Part shown: piece after piece, positions 58,476 through 64,000 of the stretch | How positions within the stretch are numbered: position 1 is the stretch's first letter | Layout of the letters: every line of letters begins with the position of its first letter | Notes under the pieces: model-generated | The model's input: only the letters and a program-made list of their open reading frames with translations | Told to the model about the DNA's origin: nothing | The model's database searches: none | NCBI GenBank assembly: GCA_035520515.1 | Contig: DAOROH010000003.1 | Coordinates: 2,754 to 66,753 of the forward strand | Length of the DNA stretch: 64,000 bases | From: Fervidobacterium sp. | GTDB lineage: Bacteria; Thermotogota; Thermotogae; Thermotogales; Fervidobacteriaceae | Direction: 5' to 3' | Made by a program: the position numbers and the translations under genes

Positions 58476-59642
58476 TTGCCTTTCGATCCGAAAAAGTTTC
58501 GCGAAGAGAAGGAAAGAGAAATATCCGAAAAGTATGGCCAGATGAGAAAGAGGAGTTTTCGATTCCTTTTTTTGAACATAATGATGGTTCTTGCAGTCTT
58601 TGCACTACTCTTCTTTTTGAAAACTTCCTCTCCTGAAACTTATTCAAACATAGTTGAAAACTTACAAATTGTGATTGAATTGAAAAAGTTGGAATACATA
58701 TCTCCAGATAAAGTGGGGGCTAAGGTGTACATCGTAAACACCAAACGGACGGATAAAGATTTTACCATCAGTGATTTCTATTTGAAAATATACTCTGATT
58801 CAACCACAATTTACGAATATTCATTTCCCAATGCCGTTGAAGGAAGCGTTTCTAGTTTAGGTAAGAGGCTTGTTTACGATGTTGAAAGAGAGGTTTCATT
58901 GGTTAATCTTGTCCCAAATGACTATACGATATATGTAAAGTGCAAGATAAACGGTCGACAAGTTGAAACTTCTAGGACTTTTACGTATAAGGAGGAAATA
59001 TCATACATCTTAGTAAGTGACCCATTTTACGTACTTGGTGAAGAAATCAATCCAGGAGTTGCGATCATCAATAGTACCGCAAGAAAGCAAACGTTCGATA
59101 TAGAGAAAATAGAGTGGACACTCAATGAAGAACGCATTACTGAGAACTTCAATCAACAAATTGTTTTGTTGTCCGGAGAATCGTATATTATAAAATCAAG
59201 ACACAAGTTCAAGGCTAGCAAAGTGGGTCAACAAGAAAGTTCTGCATCTGTGTATTTAAAGGGCGGAATTATTAAAGAGGTCAAGGGGATAATACCCGTT
59301 ACCGAAAAAACTGAAGGTAGTGTTTCAAATGTTGATTTCGTCATCGAAGCTCAAGATGCAGTCGTAGTTGATAAAGATGCAAACATCAATCTGTACATCG
59401 TAAATAAGATTAGGGAAAATAGATTTCTAAAAGTGGATAAAATACAGATAAGCATTCCAGCAATAGGTTACAATTTTGAGATTGGGAACAGGAGAGTTTT
59501 CTTAATACCTTTTGGTAGATACCAAATCACAAAACTCGAAAGGCTAAATTTTGATCAAGCGGGTGTTTACACAATGATAGTACAAGCTTATTCTGGAAAG
59601 TCTACAATAAAGAAAGAAATACCTGTGGCGGTAAGTAAATAG
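58476..59642 (+). CDS. Hypothetical membrane-anchored protein with beta-sandwich domains
   Basis: 388-codon ORF with GAGGAGGAG SD. Basic cytoplasmic N-terminus, one TM, beta-rich remainder. Confidence 0.75.
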   Translation: MPFDPKKFREEKEREISEKYGQMRKRSFRFLFLNIMMVLAVFALLFFLKTSSPETYSNIVENLQIVIELKKLEYISPDKVGAKVYIVNTKRTDKDFTISDFYLKIYSDSTTIYEYSFPNAVEGSVSSLGKRLVYDVEREVSLVNLVPNDYTIYVKCKINGRQVETSRTFTYKEEISYILVSDPFYVLGEEINPGVAIINSTARKQTFDIEKIEWTLNEERITENFNQQIVLLSGESYIIKSRHKFKASKVGQQESSASVYLKGGIIKEVKGIIPVTEKTEGSVSNVDFVIEAQDAVVVDKDANINLYIVNKIRENRFLKVDKIQISIPAIGYNFEIGNRRVFLIPFGRYQITKLERLNFDQAGVYTMIVQAYSGKSTIKKEIPVAVSK

Positions 59643-59718
59643 TGCTTTTGTGATTTTGAACGCATCAGGTAACTCATCGAAAATGTTATGAATCACTGCA
59701 AAAAAGGAGAGAAAAAAC

Positions 59719-60939
59719 ATGGGAAATTTGGATGAATTAAAAAAATCAGGTCATCAAAAAATCGAATGGGTTTCAAAACACATGAAATTATTGAACACAA
59801 TACAAAAGTCAGGGTACTCATTGGAAGGTCTAAGAGTTGCGATGTCGATACACTTGGAGGCTAAAACAGCATATTTGGCTGTTACATTAAAGAGACTTGG
59901 TGCAGATGTTGTTATTACTGGTTCAAATCCGTTGTCTACCCAAGACGATGTGGCAGAAGCGTTGAAGGATTTTGGTATAGCAGTTCATGCTAAAAGGACA
60001 ACAAGCGAAGAAGAGTATTTTTCGTTTTTGCACGAAGTTCTAAATTATGAACCGGATCTGATCTTAGATGACGGTGCTGACCTAACTGTTTTGGCGCATA
60101 TAGAGAGAAAAGACGTACTGAAGAAACTTAAGGGCGTTTCGGAGGAAACTACAACCGGAGTGAGAAGGTTAGAGAATCTCGAAAAGAGTGGCATACTGCG
60201 TGTTCCAGCTATAGCTGTTAACAATGCTAAGATGAAATTCATGTTCGACAATAGGTATGGCACTGGACAATCTACTTTGGATTCGATTATGAGAAATACT
60301 AATCTGCTTATCGCAGGAAAGAACTTCCTTGTCGCAGGGTATGGATGGTGTGGCAGAGGTATAGCGATGCGTGCTCATGGCCTTGGCGCAAAGGTCATGG
60401 TTACTGAAGTAGATCCGATAAAAGCTATCGAAGCTGTCATGGATGGATTTGAAGTCGGCAAGATAGAAGAACTTGCACCGAAAGCTGATTTCATAGTAAC
60501 GGCAACAGGAGTTAAGGATATACTGTCAGAGGAAGTTATCAAGAACCTCAAAGATGGTGTCGTACTTGCAAATGCAGGACATTTCAATGTTGAAGTACCG
60601 ATGGATAAGATAGAAAAGATGGCAAATCAAAGCTACGAGATAAGAAAAAATGTGACATGCTATAAGATAAATGGAAAAGACATATACGTCATTGGCCTCG
60701 GAAGATTACTAAACCTTGCAGCTGGAGATGGGCATCCTGTTGAAATAATGGATATATCTTTTGCCTTACAAGCTCTTTCGATACTGTACCTTGCACAAAA
60801 TCATGAAAAGCTCTCCAACAAAGTCTACAGTTATCCTGAAGAACTTGATAGAAAGGTTGCATTGCTCAAGCTTGAGTCTCTTGGAATATCTATAGATACT
60901 TTAACGAAAGAGCAAGAAGAATACCTTAATGAATTCTAA
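59719..60939 (+). CDS. ahcY: Adenosylhomocysteinase
   Basis: HLEAKTA, SNPLSTQD, DDGAD, EETTTG, FDNRYGTGQS, GYGWCGRG, NAGHF and GHP..MDISF motifs. Confidence 0.97.
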   Translation: MGNLDELKKSGHQKIEWVSKHMKLLNTIQKSGYSLEGLRVAMSIHLEAKTAYLAVTLKRLGADVVITGSNPLSTQDDVAEALKDFGIAVHAKRTTSEEEYFSFLHEVLNYEPDLILDDGADLTVLAHIERKDVLKKLKGVSEETTTGVRRLENLEKSGILRVPAIAVNNAKMKFMFDNRYGTGQSTLDSIMRNTNLLIAGKNFLVAGYGWCGRGIAMRAHGLGAKVMVTEVDPIKAIEAVMDGFEVGKIEELAPKADFIVTATGVKDILSEEVIKNLKDGVVLANAGHFNVEVPMDKIEKMANQSYEIRKNVTCYKINGKDIYVIGLGRLLNLAAGDGHPVEIMDISFALQALSILYLAQNHEKLSNKVYSYPEELDRKVALLKLESLGISIDTLTKEQEEYLNEF

Positions 60940-60956
60940 TTTTTCTGAGGTGAAAA

Positions 60957-62348
60957 ATGTTATTGCTATTGAACAAAACTTCCGAATCTAAAGAAACAAG
61001 GGCTGCTCTACTTGAAAATGATAAATTAATTGAAGTTTATTTGGGAGAAGAAGAGGAAGAGAGCATTGCTGGAAGTATTTACTTGGGAAAGATAGAAAAG
61101 TTCATTCCAGCTTTAGAAGCTGCCTTTGTTAAGTTGCCCAATGGAGAAAATGCATTTTTAAGGATGAGAGATATAAAGCAAGATTACCTGGATTCTTTCT
61201 CGATAAAGAAACTTCAAGAGGGTCAAAAAGTACTCGTACAAATAAAAAAGGAAAGTGTGGGTACCAAAGGGCCACAAATAACTACCAATATAGGTATAGC
61301 CGGACGATATGTGGTACTCCTACCATTTTCGAAATCTGTTGGTATTTCCAGAAAAATTCTGAGCGAAGAAGACAGAGAAAGATTGAAGAAGATCGGGAGA
61401 CTACTCAAGGAAAAATATAGTACTGGTCTCATCATAAGAACGGCTGCAGCTGAAATAAGTGAAGAGTTCATATACAATGAAATGGAGAATTTATACGGCA
61501 AATGGAAAGAGATTGTGAACAATTTTAAGAAGGCAAGAAAGCCTAAACTACTTTACAAAGAATCCGATAGCGATGAATTCATAATAAGAGAATTCCTCAG
61601 ACCCGAAGTTACCGAAGTAGTGACCAATGACGAAAACCATAGAGAAATCATCAGAAGATTCCATCAAAAAGCAACCGTAAAAGTAATAAGTGGGGATGTA
61701 TTTGAGAATTTCGAAATAGACGAGAAATTGAGAGAAGTACTTAAAAGAAAAATGACATTACCATCTGGCGGAGAGATTGTTATAGATAAGGCAGAGGCTA
61801 TGACTGTGATAGACGTAAATTCAAGTCATTACATTGCTACCGAAAGTCACGAACAGCTTTCTGAAGAGATAAATCTGGAGGCTGCAAGAGAAATTTGCAG
61901 AATTTTGAGACTGAGAAATATCGGTGGTATCGTCATAATAGATTTTATAGACATGAAAGATGAGAAAAGCAAGGAACAGATTTTGAAGACTGTTAAGTCA
62001 GAGATTCTCAGAGATAGGAATAGGGTTGAGATATATGGTTTTACACACCTTGGACTCCTTGAGATGGCTCGCAAGAGAACTAGCAAGTCATTGGATGAAA
62101 AGTTCACCTACGTGTGCCCTACTTGTGAAGGCAAAGGGCGGGTCTTAAATCCAAAGATCGTTCTTGAGAGACTAAAAAAGGAAGTTGAAAAGAAACCAAA
62201 TGGGGCTAAAGAAGTAATAATTAAAATGCATCCAGAGTTCAAGAATTTTGTTGAGAAAGAGGAATTGAAAAAATTCTTCAAAGTAGAGGTTCATATTCAC
62301 TACACGCACGTTGATCCCAATACTTACGAAATATCTTGGAAGATATAG
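60957..62348 (+). CDS. rng: Ribonuclease G / RNase E-G family
   Basis: S1 domain (GSIYLGKI..AAFV), GLIIRT, VIDVNS, LRLRNIGGIVIIDFIDM, GLLEMARKR and CPTCEGKG. No long RNase E C-terminal tail. Confidence 0.92.
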   Translation: MLLLLNKTSESKETRAALLENDKLIEVYLGEEEEESIAGSIYLGKIEKFIPALEAAFVKLPNGENAFLRMRDIKQDYLDSFSIKKLQEGQKVLVQIKKESVGTKGPQITTNIGIAGRYVVLLPFSKSVGISRKILSEEDRERLKKIGRLLKEKYSTGLIIRTAAAEISEEFIYNEMENLYGKWKEIVNNFKKARKPKLLYKESDSDEFIIREFLRPEVTEVVTNDENHREIIRRFHQKATVKVISGDVFENFEIDEKLREVLKRKMTLPSGGEIVIDKAEAMTVIDVNSSHYIATESHEQLSEEINLEAAREICRILRLRNIGGIVIIDFIDMKDEKSKEQILKTVKSEILRDRNRVEIYGFTHLGLLEMARKRTSKSLDEKFTYVCPTCEGKGRVLNPKIVLERLKKEVEKKPNGAKEVIIKMHPEFKNFVEKEELKKFFKVEVHIHYTHVDPNTYEISWKI

Positions 62349-62386
62349 TCGGAATAGCTATATTGGTGTTTTGTTACCACGGTACC

Positions 62387-62415
62387 TTTGACACCGAAGT
62401 TGATATATATGATAT
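62387..62415 (+). promoter_or_regulatory. Sigma70-type promoter
   Basis: TTGACA followed ~16-17 bp later by TATGAT, upstream of the kinase gene. Confidence 0.6.
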
Positions 62416-62488
62416 ATACAGAACTGTTTGAATGCACTTCATACTTGAAAGTATTTCAGAATATTTGAAAGGGGAGAAGAGCTTACCA

Positions 62489-64000
62489 TTGTGCTCGCAA
62501 ATTGTGGAGATAGAAAAGAAAGAAAACTTGAAAATACGAATAGAATCTGAAGAATACGAAATACCTTTTGGTGGAACACTCGAGGAAATTGCGAAGGCCT
62601 ACCAAGAAAAGATCGGGAAAATCATTTTAGGGGCTCGGCTGAACAATTCTATAGTTGAACTCTTCAGACCGATAGCGCGATCTGGCGAGGTTTCATTCAT
62701 AACTTTGGACTCACAAGATGGATTGAGCATATATCAACGTGGACTTTTCTTCATATTGCATGCTACGGTGAGAAAACTTTACAAAAATCGTACTATAAAA
62801 GTGCTTCATTCGATAGGCCACGGTGTATATTGCGAGATAAGAGAAAACGGAAAAAACGGAAAAATAGTTGAGCCTAGTATCAGTGATATAGAGGACATAA
62901 TTTCTGAGATGAACAGATGGATTGAAAAAGACCACAAATTCAAAAAGAGTGAGTTACTCAAGAGCGAGGCTATTGAGTTATTTGGAAATACTGGAATGTA
63001 CGACAAGGTGAAGCTTCTGAAATATAGGAAGAAAAAAACAGTCAAAGTGTATGAGGCTGACAATCATTTCGATTACTTCTATGGATATATGCCACCGAGT
63101 ACTGGCTATCTTAAATGGTTCAAGATAGTTAGATATGGCCAAGGTTTTGTGATGCTTCTTCCAAGAGTTGTGGATGGTCAAGTTGTCGTTCCTGACTTTA
63201 AGCCACTTCCAAAACTCTCTGGTATATTTTTGGAATACTCCCGCTGGTTGGAAATCATGGATATCGATAATGTCGGTGATTTGAACGAAGTCATATCAAA
63301 GGGTGAGAGATCAGTAAATGATTTGATAATACTCACCGAAGCATTGCATGAAAAGCGTATTGCGATGATTTCAGAAGAAATCAAAAAGAGGAAGAGTGTC
63401 AGACTCGTTTTGATTGCAGGGCCATCATCGAGTGGAAAAACGACGTTCTCTAAAAGATTGATGATTCAACTGAAGGCAAGTGGTTTCAGACCTATAACTA
63501 TCTCTTTGGATGACTATTTCGTAGACAGAGAAAAGACGCCGAGAGACGAGAATGGTAATTACGATTTTGAGGCATTGGAAGCAATAGATGTTGAACTATT
63601 CAACGAAAATTTGGTAGATCTGTTCAAAGGCAAAGAGGTAGAAATACCAAAATTCGATTTCGTGGCTGGCAAGAGAGTGCGTGGCTCAAGATTGAAGATA
63701 GACAGAGATCAGATAATCATTGTTGAAGGAATACATGGATTGAATCCCAAACTAACGGAATTAGTAAAGGAGAACTTGAAATTTAAGATATATGCAAGCG
63801 CATTGGCGCAACTAAACTTAGACAACGTAAACAGATTACATACAACAGATGTAAGACTATTCAGAAGAATGGTTAGAGACAGCAAATTTAGAGGACACGA
63901 TGCGTTGTCAACGTTGCAGATGTGGGATAGTGTTAGAAGAGGTGAGGAGAAAAACATATTCCCATATCAAGAGAATGCAGATGCAATGTTCAACAGTGCA
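62489..64000 (+). CDS. Uridine kinase-family nucleoside kinase with ThrRS-like N-terminal domains (truncated by window end)
   Basis: Not in the ORF track because it has no stop in the window. Hand translation gives GARLNNSIVEL, HSIGHGVYCE, DYFYGYMPPSTG, LIAGPSSSGKTTF (P-loop), ISLDDYF, EGIHGLNP and TTDVRLFRR. Start approximate. Confidence 0.85.
   Translation, partial: MCSQIVEIEKKENLKIRIESEEYEIPFGGTLEEIAKAYQEKIGKIILGARLNNSIVELFRPIARSGEVSFITLDSQDGLSIYQRGLFFILHATVRKLYKNRTIKVLHSIGHGVYCEIRENGKNGKIVEPSISDIEDIISEMNRWIEKDHKFKKSELLKSEAIELFGNTGMYDKVKLLKYRKKKTVKVYEADNHFDYFYGYMPPSTGYLKWFKIVRYGQGFVMLLPRVVDGQVVVPDFKPLPKLSGIFLEYSRWLEIMDIDNVGDLNEVISKGERSVNDLIILTEALHEKRIAMISEEIKKRKSVRLVLIAGPSSSGKTTFSKRLMIQLKASGFRPITISLDDYFVDREKTPRDENGNYDFEALEAIDVELFNENLVDLFKGKEVEIPKFDFVAGKRVRGSRLKIDRDQIIIVEGIHGLNPKLTELVKENLKFKIYASALAQLNLDNVNRLHTTDVRLFRRMVRDSKFRGHDALSTLQMWDSVRRGEEKNIFPYQENADAMFNSA

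Noticed and set aside
1-64000. The many short ORFs in the track that overlap annotated genes on the opposite strand or in other frames
   Set aside because: They are shadows of well-supported genes, with no SD, motif or independent promoter that I could see.

Overview
This is an AT-rich, gene-dense segment of core chromosome. Gene content, gene order and protein style point to Thermotogota, most likely Fervidobacterium-like (inference). Left to right: a membrane-anchored hypothetical gene with a candidate ~85-nt sRNA upstream; pyrC-pyrK-pyrD-pyrF-pyrE behind a PyrR-type attenuator that also carries a translatable leader ORF; a galactoside operon (GH42, LacI regulator, GH36, galT, galK, class II aldolase); an MFS transporter, class II RNR nrdJ, rex, tRNA-Asp, lysA and a class II glutamine amidotransferase; a frameshifted membrane diguanylate cyclase and an H-NOX chemoreceptor; rpmE and an S1 protein; a radical SAM-TetR-MFS unit; an orphan Phd antitoxin coupled to an MsmK-type ATPase; rsmE; a long minus-strand housekeeping run (ruvB, yggS, yggT, nadK, phoU, an LptF/G-LptD fusion, tilS, ftsH, thioesterase, radical SAM); MarR with a heterodimeric ABC exporter; UDG, DtxR-like, galE, rarA and a macrodomain gene; an FGE/PDZ protein; ftsA-ftsZ-pilB-hypothetical-ahcY-rng; and a ThrRS-N/uridine kinase fusion that runs off the window. 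I saw no CRISPR array, transposase, integrase or prophage. The most striking feature is a single 1,115-codon ORF that joins an inner-membrane LptF/G permease to an LptD-like outer-membrane barrel through what looks like an internal cleavable signal peptide. All family assignments are from motif recognition by eye; no database searches were run.
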